From Balanoglossus misakiensis (Eukaryota; Animalia; Hemichordata), in contig CM082592.2 of NCBI GenBank assembly GCA_040954595.2, forward strand, positions 806,001-870,000: 64,000 nucleotides of DNA, given 5' to 3'. Under the pieces are notes generated by a model. It was not told the origin of the DNA. It saw nothing but the letters and a program-made list of their open reading frames with translations, and made no database searches. The number at the start of each line of letters is the position of its first letter. Position 1 is the stretch's first letter. Positions 37,329-51,100 of this stretch are shown here, in pieces. The position numbers and the translations under genes were made by a program.

Positions 37329-40300
37329 AGAGATACTTTCCACACGGGTTTTCTAACATTGAATTCCCGTTCATCAACTCAGATTTCCTACAGCATAAGT
37401 CGGCTAAAAACCCTGACACTCTAGAGCAGAAACAGTTGCACACTGGTAACGTTGAACAAGTCGATTTTTCTACGGCCTGGCTCGGCTAAATCTCCGTCAC
37501 AATATGACAGACACTAGCGCACGTTAGCAACGGTGATCAAGTCAGATTTTCTACGGCATGGCTGGGATAAAGCCCCGGCACTCTGGAGCAGAAACACGCG
37601 TACAGAGACCACGTTGATCAAGTCTGATCTCCTACGGCTTGGCTCGACTAAAACCCCGGCACACTATGACAGACACTAGCGTTCGTTAGCAACGTTGATC
37701 AAGTCAGATTTCCTACGGCATGGCTTGGCTAAAGCCCTGGCACTCTAGAGCAGAAACACGCGTACAGAGACCACGTTGATCTACTCCCATTTCCTTCGGC
37801 CTGGCACAGCTGATGCCCCGGCACTATATATAGGACACAGACTGGCGTAAGTTAACAACGGTAATCACGTCGGGTTTCCTACGGCCTGGCTCAGCTGAAA
37901 CCCCGGCACTCTAGAGCAGAAACAGGCGTACATTGACCACGTTGATCAAGTCAGATGTCCTACGGCGTGACTCCGCTGGTGCACCGGCTCTATATGACAC
38001 AGACTGGCGTAAGTTATCAACGGTGATTACGTCGGATTTCCTACGGCCTGGTTTAGCTCAAGCCCCGGCACTTTAGAGCGGAAACACGCGTACATTAACC
38101 ACGATGATCAAGTCAGATCTCCAACGGCTTGGCTCGACTAAAACCCCGGCACACTATGACAGACACTAGCGTTCGTTAGCAACGTTGATCAAGTCAGATT
38201 TCCTACGGCATGGCTTGGCTAAAGCCCTGGCACTCTAGAGCAGAAACACGCGTACATAGACCACGTTGATCTACTCACATTTCCTTCGGCCTGGCACGGC
38301 TGATGCCCCGGCACTATATATAGGACACAGACTGGCGTAAGTTAACAACGGTAATCACGTCGGGTTTCCTACGGCCTGGCTCAGATGAAGCCCCGGCACT
38401 CTAGAGCAGAAACAGGCGTACAGTGACCACGTTGATCAAGTCAGATTTCCTACGGCGTGACTCGGCTGGTGCACCGGCTCTATATGACACAGACTGGCGT
38501 AAGTTATCAACGGTGATTACGTCGGATTTCCTACGGCCTGGTTTAGCTGAAGCCCCGGCTCTTTAGAGCTGAAACACGCGTACATTGACCACGATGATCA
38601 AGTCAGATCTCCTACGGCCTGGCTCGACTAAACCCCGGCACACCATGACAGACACTAGCGTTCGTTAGCAACGGTGATCAAGTCGGATTTCCTTCGGCCT
38701 GGCTCTGCAAAAGACCCGACACATTAGTACAAAGACGTTGGCTAAGTCGGGCAAACCGAAGAGGGAAAGTCACAGCGGGTCAACACTCGATATTTGGTCG
38801 GGTAGGACTGCATTATTGCCTGTCAATTTATAGAGAAAGCCCGAATTTAACCAGGGCGTTTCAAACACCGACGTTAGTTGGGGGCACGGCCTGCAGTACT
38901 GCCGGGTAAGCTGACATCGGCGTACCGCATATAATGTAGGGGGGGGAACAGAACGGTTCAATACTACATTTATTAAATATCAGCTAATTTTGGACAATCA
39001 TCTAAAATCTAAATCATTTTTTCATATTTGGATATCTGATGATGTATGAAATTTCCATTATATGTAAAAATGGTGCTGATTATAAAAAATGCACTCTGAA
39101 TGAGCTGATTTAATACAAAATTGCGTTTTATTCGTTTTTGCACCAAAAAGGTCATTTTTAGGCAAAACATTCTTTATTTTTTTAATTCGGTGACCTGATC
39201 ATATATAAACAATTGCTTGTATGTTGAAAGTTTTTATGACTTTTAAAAGCAGTGACACTGGCGGCATTCAACACGAAAATAACAATTTTAGCCACAATTT
39301 GGTCAAAATGGTAAATTTTTGAAAATTACAAAAAATACATGTTTTCTACATTTTCGGAAATCAGATGGAGTATAGAATGCTCTTCGTATGTATATATCGA
39401 TACAAATTCCACAAAAGACCGTCTAATTTGGCTCACTGCAGACAAAATTGCGTTTTACCAAATTTTCCTTGAAAATGTCATTTTTAGAAAAAAAAATAAA
39501 AAAAACCTTTGTTCTTCGAATTTGGTGCCCTGATCATATATGACATGTTGATTGTATGTTAAAACTTTCGACCACTCCAAAAATGCAGAGATATTGACGG
39601 AATTCAAGAAAAAATAGCTATTTTGGCCATATTTGGACAAAAATGGTAAATTTTTAATAAATCATAAAAAATTAACTCTTTTCTTTATTTTCGGAAATAT
39701 TATGGAGCATGAAGTGTCGTTCTCTTGTAAAAAGTGCTGCAAATTCCAGAAAAGGCGGTAAAATTTGAATCACCCAAGACAAAATTACCATTTTCGAATT
39801 TTTTTCGAAATATTGTCTTTTTTACAAAATAAATAAGAATAAATTCTTTTCTTAGTTTCCAACGGGTAGAGATACTTTCCACACGGGTTTTCTAACAATG
39901 AATTCCCGTTCATCAACTCAGATTTCCTACAGCATAAGTCGGCTAAACCCCTGACACTCTAGAGCAGAAACAGTTGCACACTGGTAACGTTGAACAAGTC
40001 GATTTTTCTACGGCCTGGCTCGGCTAAATCTCCGTCACAATATGACAGACACTAGCGTACGTTAGCAACGGTGATCAAGTCAGATTTTCTACGGCATGGC
40101 TTGGATAAAGCCCCGGCACTCTAGAGCAGAAACACGCGTACAGAGACCACGTTGATCAAGTCTGATCTCCTACGGCTTGGCTCGACTAAAACCCCGGCAC
40201 ACTATGACAGACACTAGCGTTCGTTAGCAACGGTGATCAAGTCAGATTTCCTACGGCATGGCTTGGCTAAAGCCCTGGCACTCTAGAGCAGAAACACGCG

Positions 40301-42198
40301 TACAGAGACCACGTTGATCTACTCACATTTCCTTCGGCCTGGCACGGCTGATGCCCCGGCACTATATATAGGACACAGACTGGCGTAAGTTAACAACGGT
40401 AATCACGTCGGGTTTCCTACGGCCTGGCTCAGCTGAAGCCCCGGCACTTTAGAGCGGAAACACGCGTACATTGACCACGATGATCAAGTCAGATCTCCTA
40501 CGGCCTTGCTCGACTAAAACCCCGGCACACCATGACAGACACTAGCGTTCGTTAGCAACGGTGATCAAGTCGGATTTCCTTCGGCCTGGCTCTGCAAAAG
40601 ACCCGACACTCTAGTACAAAGACGTTGGCTAAGTCGGGCAAACCGAAGAGGGAAAGTTACAGCGGGTCAACACTCGACATTTGTTCGGGTAGGACTGCAT
40701 TATTGCCTGTCAATTTATAGAGGAAGCCCGAATTTAACCAGGGCGTTTCAAACACCGACGTTAGTTGGGGGCACGGCCTGCAGTACTGCCGGGTAAGCTG
40801 ACATCGGCGTACCGCATATAATGTAGGGGGGGGGGGAACAGAACGGTTCAATACTACATTTATTAGATATCAGCTAATTTTGGACAATCATCTAAAATCT
40901 AAATAATTTTTTCATATTTGGATATCTGATGATGTATGAAATTTCCATTAAATGTTAAAATGGTGCTGATTATAAAAAATGCACTCTGAATGAGCTGATT
41001 TAATACAAAATTGCGTTTTATTCGTTTTTGCACCAAAAAGGTAATTTTTAGGCAAAACATTCTTTATTTTTATAATTCGGTGACCTGATCATATATAAAC
41101 AATTGCTTGTATGTTAAAAGTTTTTATGACTTTTAAAAGCAGTGACACTGGCGGCATTCAACACGAAAATAACAATTTTAGCCACAATTTGGTCAAAATG
41201 GTAAATTTTTGAAAATTATAAAAAATACCTGTTTTCTACATTTTCGGAAATCTGATGGAGTATAGAATGCTCTTCGTATGTATATATCGATACAAGTTCC
41301 ACAAAAGACCGTCTAATTTGGCTCACTGCAGACAAAATTGCGTTTTACCAAATTTTCCTTGAAAATGTCATTTTTAGAAAAAAAAATAAAAAAACCTTTG
41401 TTCTTCGAATTTGGTGCCCTGATCATATATGACATGTTGATTGTATGTTAAAACTTTCGACCACTCCAAAACTGCAGAGATATTGACGGAATTCAAGAAA
41501 AAATAGCCATTTTGGCCATATTTTGACAAAAATGGTAAATTTTTAAAAAATCATAAAAAATTAACTTTTTTCTTCATTTTCGGAAATATTATGGAGCATG
41601 AAGTGTCGTTCTCTTGTAAAAAGTGCTGCAAATTCCAGAAAAGGCGGTATAATTTCAATCACCCAAGACAAAATTACCATTTTCGACTTTTTTTCGAAAA
41701 ATTTTCTTTTTTACAAAATAAATAAGAATACATTCTTTTCTTAGTTTCAAACGGGTAGAGATACTTTCCACACGGGTTTTCTAACATTGAATTCCCGTTC
41801 ATCAACTCAGATTTCCTACAGCATAAGTCGGCTAAAACCCTGACACTCTAAAGCAGAAACAGTTGCACACTGGTAACGGTGAACATGTCGATTTTTCTAC
41901 GGCCTGGCTCGGCTTAATCTCCGTCACAATATGACAGACACTAGCGTACGTTAGCAACGGTGATCAAGTCAGATTTTCAACGGCATGGCTTGGATAAAGC
42001 CCCGGCACTCTAGAGCAGAAACACGCGTACAGAGACCACGGTGATCAAGTCTGATCACCTACGGCTTGGCTCGACTAAAAGCCCGGCACACTATGACAGA
42101 CACTAGCGTTCGTTAGCAACGTTGATCAAGTGAGATTTCCTACGGCATGGCTTGGCTAAAGCCCTGGCACTCTAGAGCAGAAACACGCGTACAGAGAC
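37329..42198 (+). repeat. Satellite block 9 (+); the first unit has ~17 subrepeats
   Basis: Poly-G at ~38939 and ~40826. Confidence 0.95.
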
Positions 42199-45100
42199 AA
42201 ATTCGAGCTTTCTCTATAAATTGACAGGTAATAATGCAGTCCTACCCGAACAAATGTCGAGTGTTGACCCGCTGTGACAGCACCATTTTTACGTATAATG
42301 GAAATTTCATACATCATCAGATATCCAAATATGAAAAAATTAGTTAGAAAAATTAATAAGATGATTGTCCAAAATTAGCTGATATCTGATAAATGTAGTA
42401 TTGAACCGTTCTGTTCCCCCCCCCCCCCCTACATTACTTGCGGTACGCCGATGTCAGCTTACCCGGCAGTACTGCAGGCCGTGCCCCCAACTAACGTCGG
42501 TGTTTGAAACGCCCTGGTTAAATTCGAACTTTCTCTATAAATTGACAGGTAATAATGCAGTCCTACCCGAACAAATGTCGAGTGTTGACCCGCTGTGACT
42601 TTCCCTCTTCGGTTTGCCCGACTTAGCCAACGTCTTTGTACTAGAGTGTCGGGTCTTTTGCAGAGCCAGGCCGAAGGAAATCCGACTTGATCACCGTTGC
42701 TAACGAACGCTAGTGTCTGTCATGGTGTGCCGGGGTTTTAGTCGAGCCAGGCCGTAGGAGATCTGACTTGATCATCGTGGTCAATGTACGCGTGTTTCCG
42801 CTCTAAAGTGCCGGGGCTTCAGCTAAACCAGGCCGTAGGAAATCCGACGTAATCACCGTTGATAACTTACGCCAGTCTGTGTCATATAGAGCCGGTGCAC
42901 CAGCCGAGTCACGCCGTAGGAAATCTGACTTGATCAACGTGATCAATGTACGCCTGTTTCTGCTCTAGAGTGCCGGGGCTTCAGCTGAGCCAGGCCGTAG
43001 GAAACCCGACGTGATTACCGTTGTTAACTTACGCCAGTCTGTGTCCTATATATAGTGCCGGGGCATCAGCCGTGCCAGGCCGAAGGAAATGTGAGTAGAT
43101 CAACGTGGTCTCTGTACGCGTGTTTCTGCTCTATAGTGCCAGGGCTTTAGCCAAGCCATGCCGTAGGAAATCTGACTTGATCAACGTTGCTTACAAACGC
43201 TAGTGTCTGTCATAGTGTGCCGGGGTTTTAGTCGAGCCAAGCCGTAGGAGATCAGACTTGATCAACGTGCTCTCTGTACGCGTGTTTCTGCTCTAGAGTG
43301 CCGGGGCTTTATCCAAGCCATGCCGTAGAAAATCTGACTTGATCACCGTTGCTAACGTACGCTAGTGTCTGTCATATTGTGACGGAGATTTAGCCGAGCC
43401 AGGCCGTAGAAAAATCGACTTGTTCAACGTTACCAGTGTGCAACTGTTTCTGCTCTAGAGTGTCAGGGTTTTAGCCGACTTATGCTGTAGGAAATCTGAG
43501 TTGATGAACGGGAATTCAATGTTAGAAAACCCGTGTGGAAAGTATCTCTACCCGTTTGAAACTAAGAAAAGAATTTATTCTTATTTATTTCGTAAACAAG
43601 ACAATTTTTCGAAAAAAAGTCGAAGATGGTAATTTTGTCTTGGATGATTCAAATTATACCGCCTTTTCTGGAATTTACAGCACTTTTTACAAGAGAAGGA
43701 CAATTCATGCTCCATAATATTTCCGAAAATGAAGAAAAGAGTTAATTTTTTATGTTTTTTTAAAAATTTTCCATTTTTGTCAAAATATGGCCAAAATGGC
43801 TATTTTTTCTTGAATTCCGTCAATATCTCTGCATTTTTGGAGTGGTCGAAAGTCTTAACATACAATCAACATGTCATATATGATCAGGGCACCAAATTCG
43901 AAGAACAAAGGTTTTTTTATTTTTTTTTCTAAAAATGACATTTTCAAGGAAAATTTGTTAAAACGCAATTTTGTCTGCAGTGAGCCAAATTAGACGGTCT
44001 TTTGTGGAATTTGTATAGATATATACATACGAAGAGCATTCTATACTCCATCAGATTTCCGAAAATGTAGAAAACAGGTATTTTTTGTAATTTTCAAAAA
44101 TTTACCATTTTGACCAAATTGTGGCTAAAATTGTTATTTTCGTGTTGAATGCCGCCAGTGTCACTGCTTTTAAAAGTCATAAAAACTTTTAACATACAAG
44201 CAATTTTTGATATATAATCAGGTCACCGAATTAATAAAATAAAGAATGTTTTGCCTAAAAATGACCTTTTTGGTGCAAAAACGAATAAAACGCAATTTTG
44301 TATTAAATCAGCTCATTCAGAGTGCATTTTTTATAATCAGCACCATTTTAACATTTAATGGAAATTTCATACATCATCAGATATCCAAATATGAAAAAAT
44401 GATTTAGATTTTAGATGATTGTCCAAAATTAGCTGATATCTAATAAATGTAGTATTGAACCGTTCTGTTCCCCCCCCCCTACATTATATGCGGTACGCCG
44501 ATGTCAGCTTACCCGGCAGTACTGCAGGCCGTGCCCCCAACTAACGTCGGTGTTTGAAGCGCCCTGGTTAAATTCGAGCTTTCTCTATAAATTGACAGGT
44601 AATAATGCAGTCCTACCCGAACAAATGTCGAGTGTTGACCCGCTGTGACTTTCCCTCTTCGGTTTGCCCGACTTAGCCAACGTCTTTGTACTAGAGTGTC
44701 GGGTCTTTTGCAGAGCCAGGCCGAAGGAAATCCGACTTGATCACCGTTGCTAACGAACGCTAGTGTCTGTCATGGTGTGCCGGGGTTTTAGTCGAGCCAG
44801 GCCGTAGGAGATCTGACTTGATCATCGTGGTCAATGTACGCGTGTTTCCGCTCTAAAGTGGAGGGGCTTCAGCTAAACCAGGCCGTAGGAAATCCGACGT
44901 AATCACCGTTGATAACTTACGCCAGTCTGTGTCATATAGAGCCGGTGCACCAGCCGAGTCACGCCGAAGGAAATCTGACTTGATCAACGTGGTCAATGTA
45001 CGCCTGTTTCTGCTCTAGAGTGCCGGGGCTTCAGCTGAGCCAGGCCGTAGGAAACCCGACGTGATTACCGTTGTTAACTTACGCCAGTCTGTGTCCTATA

Positions 45101-48100
45101 TATAGTGCCGGGGCATCAGCCGTGCCAGGCCGAAGGAAATGTGAGTAGATCAACGTGGTCTCTGTACGCGTGTTTCTGCTCTAGAGTGCCAGGGCTTTAG
45201 CCAAGCCATGCCGTAGAAAATCTGACTTGATCACCGTTGCTAACGTACGCTAGTGTCTGTCATAGTGTGCCGGGGTTTTAGTCGAGCCAAGCCGTAGGAG
45301 ATCAGACTTGATCAACGTGGTCTCTGTACGCGTGTTTCTGCTCTAGAGTGCCGGGGCTTTATCCGAGCTATGCCGTAGAAAATCTGACTTGATCACCGTT
45401 GCTAACTTACGCTAGTGTCTGTCATATTGTGACGGAGATTTAGCCGAGCCAGGCCGTAGAAAAATCGACTTGTTCAACGTTACCAGTGTGCAACTGTTTC
45501 TGCTCTAGAGTGTCAGGGTTTTAGCCGACTTGTGCTGTAGGAAATCTGAGTTGATGAACGGGAATTCAATGTTAGAAAACCCGTGTGTAAAGTATCTCTA
45601 CCCGTTTGAAACTAAGAAAAGAATTTATTCTTATTTATTTTGTAAAACAAGACAATTTTTCGAAAAAAAGTCGAAAATGGTAATTTTGTCTTGGGTGATT
45701 CAAATTATACCGCCTTTTCTGGAATTTGCAGCACTTTTTACAAGAGAACGACACTTCATGCTCCATAATATTTCCGAAAATGAAGAAAAGAGTTAATTTT
45801 TTATGATTTTTTAAAAAATTACCATTTTTGTCAAAATATGGCCAAAATGGCTATTTTTTCTTGAATTCCGTCAATATCTCTGCATTTTTGGAGTGGTCGA
45901 AAGTTTTAACATACAATCAACATGTCATATATGATCAGGGCACCAAATTCGAAGAACAAAGTTTTTTTTAGTTTTTTTTCTAAAAATGACATTTTCAAGG
46001 AACATTTGGTAAAACGCAATTTTGTCTGCAGTGAGCCAAATTAGATTGTCTTTTGTGGAATTTGTATCGATATATACATACGAAGAGCATTCTATACTCC
46101 ATCAGATTTCCGAAAATGTAGAAAACAGGTATTTTTTGTAATTTTCAAAAATTTACCATTTTGATCAAATTATGGCTAAAATTGTTATTTTCGTGTTGAA
46201 TGCCGCCAGTGTCACTGCTTTTAAAAGTCATAAAAACTTTTAACATACAAGCAATTGTTTATATATGATCAGGTCACCGAATTAAAAAAAATAAAGAATG
46301 TTTGGCCTAAAAATGACCTTTTTGGTGCAAAAACGAATAAAACGCAATTTTGTATTAAATAAGCTCATTCAGAGTGCATTTTTTTATAATCAGCACCATT
46401 TTTACATATAATGGAAATTTCATACATCACCAGATATCCAAATATGAAAAAATGATTTAGATTTTAGATGATTGTCCAAAATTAGCTGATATCTAATAAA
46501 TGTAGTATTGAACCGTTCTGTTCCCCCCCCCCCCCCTCCCCTACATTATATGCGGTACGCCGATGTCAGCTTACCCGGCAGTACTGCAGGCCGTGCCCCC
46601 AACTAACGTCGGTGTTTGAAACGCCCTGGTTAAATTCGGGCTTTCTCTATAAATTGACAGGCAATAATGCAGTCCTACCCGAACAAATGTCGAGTGTTGA
46701 CACGCTGTGACTTTCCCTCTTCGGTTTGCCCGACTTAGCCGACGTCTTTGTACTAGAGTGTCGGGTCTTTTGCAGAGCCAGGCCGAAGGAAATCCGACTT
46801 GATCACCGTTGCTAACGAACGCTAGTGTCTGTCATGGTGTGCCGGGGTTTTAGTCGAGCCAGGCCGTAGGAGATCTGACTTGATCATCGTGGTCAATGTA
46901 CGCGTGTTTCCGCTCTAAAGTGCCGGGGCTTCAGCTAAACCAGGCCGTAGGAAATCCGACGTAATCACCGTTGATAACTTACGCCAGTCTGTGTCATATA
47001 GAGCCGGTGCACCAGCCGAGTCACGCCGTAGGAAATCTGACTTGATCAACGTGGTCAATGTACGCCTGTTTCTGCTCTAGAGTGCCGGGGCTTTAGCTGA
47101 GCCAGGCCGTAGGAAACCCGACGTGATTACTGTTGTTAACTTACGCCAGTCTGTGTCCTATATATAGTGCCGGGGCATCAGCCGTGCCAGGCCGAAGGAA
47201 ATGTGAGTAGATCAACGTGGTCTCTGTACGCGTGTTTCTGCTCTAGAGTGTCAGGGCTTTAGCAAAGCCATGCCGTAGGAAATCTGACTTGATCAACGTT
47301 GCTAACGAACGCTAGTGTCTGTCATAGTGTGCCGGGGTTTTAGTCGAGCCAAGCCGTAGGAGATCAGACTTGATCAACGTGGTCTCTGTACGCGTGTTTC
47401 TGCTCTTGAGTGCCGGGGCTTTATCCAAGCCATGCCGTAGAAAATCTGACTTGATCACCGTTGCTAACGTACGCTAGTGTCTGTCATATTGTGACGGAGA
47501 TTTAGCCGAGCCAGGGCGTAAAAAATCGACTTGTTCAACGTTACCAGTGTGCAACTGTTTCTGCTCTAGAGTGTCAGGGTTTTAGCCGATTTATGCTGTA
47601 GGAAATCAGAGTTGATGAACGGGAATTCAATGTTAGAAAACCCGTGTGGAAAGTATCTCTACCCGTTTGAAACTAAGAAAAGAATTTATTCTTATTTATT
47701 TTGTAAAAAAGACAATTTTTCGAAACAAAGGCGAAAATGGTAATTTTGTCTTGGTTGATTCAAATTATACCACCTTTTCTGGAATTTGCAGCACTTTTTA
47801 CAAGAGAACGACACTTCATGCTCTATAATATTTCCGATAATGAAGAAAAGAGTTAATTTTTTATGATTTTTTAAAATTTTACCATTTTTGTCAAAATATG
47901 GCCAAAATGGCTATTTTTTCTTGAATTCCGTCAATATCTCTGCATTTTTGGAGTGGTCGAAACTTTTAACATACAATCAACATGTCATATATGATCGGGG
48001 CACCAAATTCGAAGAACAAAGGTTTTTTTATTTTTTTTTCTAAAAATGACATTTTCAAGGAAAATTTGGTAAAACGCAATTTTGTCTGCAGTGAGCCAAA

Positions 48101-51100
48101 TTAGACGGTCTTTTGTGGAATTTGTATCGATATATACATACGAAGAGCATTCTATACTCCATCAGATTTCCGAAAATGTAGAAAAGGGTATTTTTTGTAA
48201 TTTTGAAAAATTTTCCATTTTGACCAAATTGTGGCTAAAATCTTTATTTTCGTGTTGAATGCCGCCAGTGTCACTGCTTTTAAAAGTCATAAAAACTTTT
48301 AACATACAAGCAATTGTTTATATATGATCAGGTCACCGAATTAAAAAAATAAAGAATGTTTTGCCTAAAAATGACCTTTTTGGTGCAAAAACGAATAAAA
48401 CGCAATTTTGTATTAAATCAGCTCATTCAGAGTGCATTTTTATAATCAGCACCATTTTTACATATAATGGAAATTTCATACATCATCAGATATCCAAATA
48501 TGAAAAGATGATTTAGATTTTAGATGATTGTCCAAAATTAGCTGATATCTGATAAATGTAGTATTGAACCGTTCTGTTTCTCCCCCCCCCCCTACATTAT
48601 ATGCGGTACGCCGATGTCACCTTACCCGGCAGTACTGCAGGCCGTGCCCCCAACTAATGTCGGTGTTTGAAGCGCCCTGGTTAAATTCGGGCTTTCTCTA
48701 TAAATTAACAGGCAATAATGCAGTCCTACCCGAACAAATGTCGAGTGTTGACCCGCTGTGACTTTCCCTCTTCGGTTTGCCCGACTTAGCCAACGTCTTT
48801 GTACTAGTGGGTCGGGTCTTTTGCCGAGCCAGGCCGAAGGAAATCAGACTTGATCACCGTTGCTAACGAACGCTAGTGTCTGTCATATTGTGACGGAGAT
48901 TTAGCCGAGCCAGGCCGTAGAAAAATCGACTTGTTCAACGTTACCAGTGTGCAACTGTTTCTGCTCTAGAGTGTCAGGGTTTTAGCCGACTTATGCTGTA
49001 GGAAATCTGAGTTGATGAATGAGAATTCAATGTTAAAAAACCTGTGTGGAAAGTGTCTCTACCCTTTTGAAACTAAGAAAATAATTTATTCTTATTTATT
49101 TTGTAAAAATCACAATTTTTCGAAAAAAAGTCGAAAATGGTAATTTTGTCATGGGTGATTCAAATTATACCGCCTTTTCTGGAATTTGCAGCACTTTTTA
49201 CAAGAGAACGACACTTCATGCTCCATAATATTTCCGAAAATGAAGAAAAGAGTTAATTTTTTATGATTTTTTAAAAATTTACCATTTTTGTCAAAATATG
49301 GCCAAAATGGCTATTTTTTCTTGAATTCCGTCAATATCTCTGCATTTTTGGAGTGGTCGAAAGTTTTAACATACAATCAACATGTCATATATGATCAGGG
49401 CGCCAAATTCGAAGAACAAAGGTTTTTTTTATTTTTTTTTCTAAAAATGACATTTTCAAGGAAAATTTGGTAAAACGCAATTTTGTCTGCAGTGAGCCAA
49501 ATTGGCCGTTTTTTTGTGGAATTTGTATCGATATATGTATACGAAGAGCATTCTATACTCCATCAGATTTCCGAAATTGTAGAAAACAGGTATTTTTTGT
49601 AATTTTCAAAAATTTACCATTTTGACCGAAATGTGGCTAAAATTGTTATTTTCGTGTTGAATGCCGCCAGTGTCACTGCTTTTAAAAGTCATTAAAACTT
49701 TTAACATACAAGCAATTGTTTATATATGATCAGGTCACCGAATTTAAAGAATAAAGAATGTTTTCCCTAAAAATGACCTTTTTGGTGCAAAAACGAATAA
49801 AACGCAATTTTGTATTAAATCAGCTCATTCAGAGTGCATTTTTTATAATCAGCACCATTTTTACATAAAATGGAAATTTCATACATCATCAGATATCCAA
49901 ATATGAAAAAATGATTTAGATTTTAGATGATTGTCCAAAAGTAGCTGATATCTAATAAATGTAGTATTGAACCGTTCTGTTCCCCCCCCCCCCCCCCCCT
50001 ACATTACATGCGGTACGCCGATGTCAGCTTACCCGTCAGTACTGCAGGCCGTGCCCACAACTAACGTCGGTGTTTGAAACGCCCTGGTTAAATTCGGGCT
50101 TTCTCTATAAATTGACAGGCAATAATGTAGTCCTACCGGAACAAATGTCGAGTGTTGACCCGCTGTGACTTTCCCTCTTCGGTTTGCCCGACTTAGCCAA
50201 CGTCTTTGTACTAGAGTGTCGGGTCTTTTGCAGAGCCAGGCCGAAGGAAATCCGACTTGATCAACGTTGCTAACGAACGCTAGTGTCTGTCATAGTGTGC
50301 CGGGGTTTTAGTCGAGCCAAGCCGTAGGAGATCTGACTTGATCATCGTGGTCAATGTACGCGTGTTTCCGCTCTAAAGTGCCGGGGCTTGAGCTAAACCA
50401 GGCCGTAGGAAATCCGACGTAATCACCGTTGATAACTTATGCCAGTCTGTGTCATATAGAGCCGGTGCACCAGCGGAGTCACGCCGTAGGACATCTGACT
50501 TGATCAACGTGGTCAATGTACGCCTGTTTCTGCTCTAGAGTGCCGGGGCTTCAGCTGAGCCAGGCCGTAGGAAACCCGACGTGATTACCGTTGTTAACTT
50601 ACGCCAGTTTGTGTCCTATATATAGTGCCGGGGCATCAGCCGTGCCAGGCCGAAGGAAATGTGAGTAGATCAACGTGGTCTCTGTACGCGTGTTTCTGCT
50701 CTAGAGTGCCAGGGCTTTAGCCAAGCCATGCCGTAGGAAATCTGACTTGATCAACGTTGCTAACGAACGCTAGTGTCTGTCATAGTGTGCCGGGGTTTTA
50801 GTCGGGCCAAGCCGTAGGAGATCAGACTTGATCAACGTGGTCTCTGTACGCGTATTTCTGCTCTAGAGTGCCGGGGCTTTATCCAAGCCATGCCGTAGAA
50901 AATCTGACTTGATCACCGTTGCTAACCTACGCTAGTGTCTGTCATATTGTGACGGAGATTTAGCCGAGCCCGGCCGTAGAAAAATCGACTTGTTCAACGT
51001 TACCAGTGTGCAACTGTTTCTGTTCTAGAGTGTCAGGGTTTTAGCCGACTTGTAGGAAATCTGAGTTGATGAATGAGAATTCAATGTTAAAAAACCTGTG

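Noticed and set aside
37258-37443. ORF starts at 37343 and 37443, and at 18697 and 25029
   Set aside because: These starts come from flanking satellite fused to a truncated integrase and are not genuine initiation sites.
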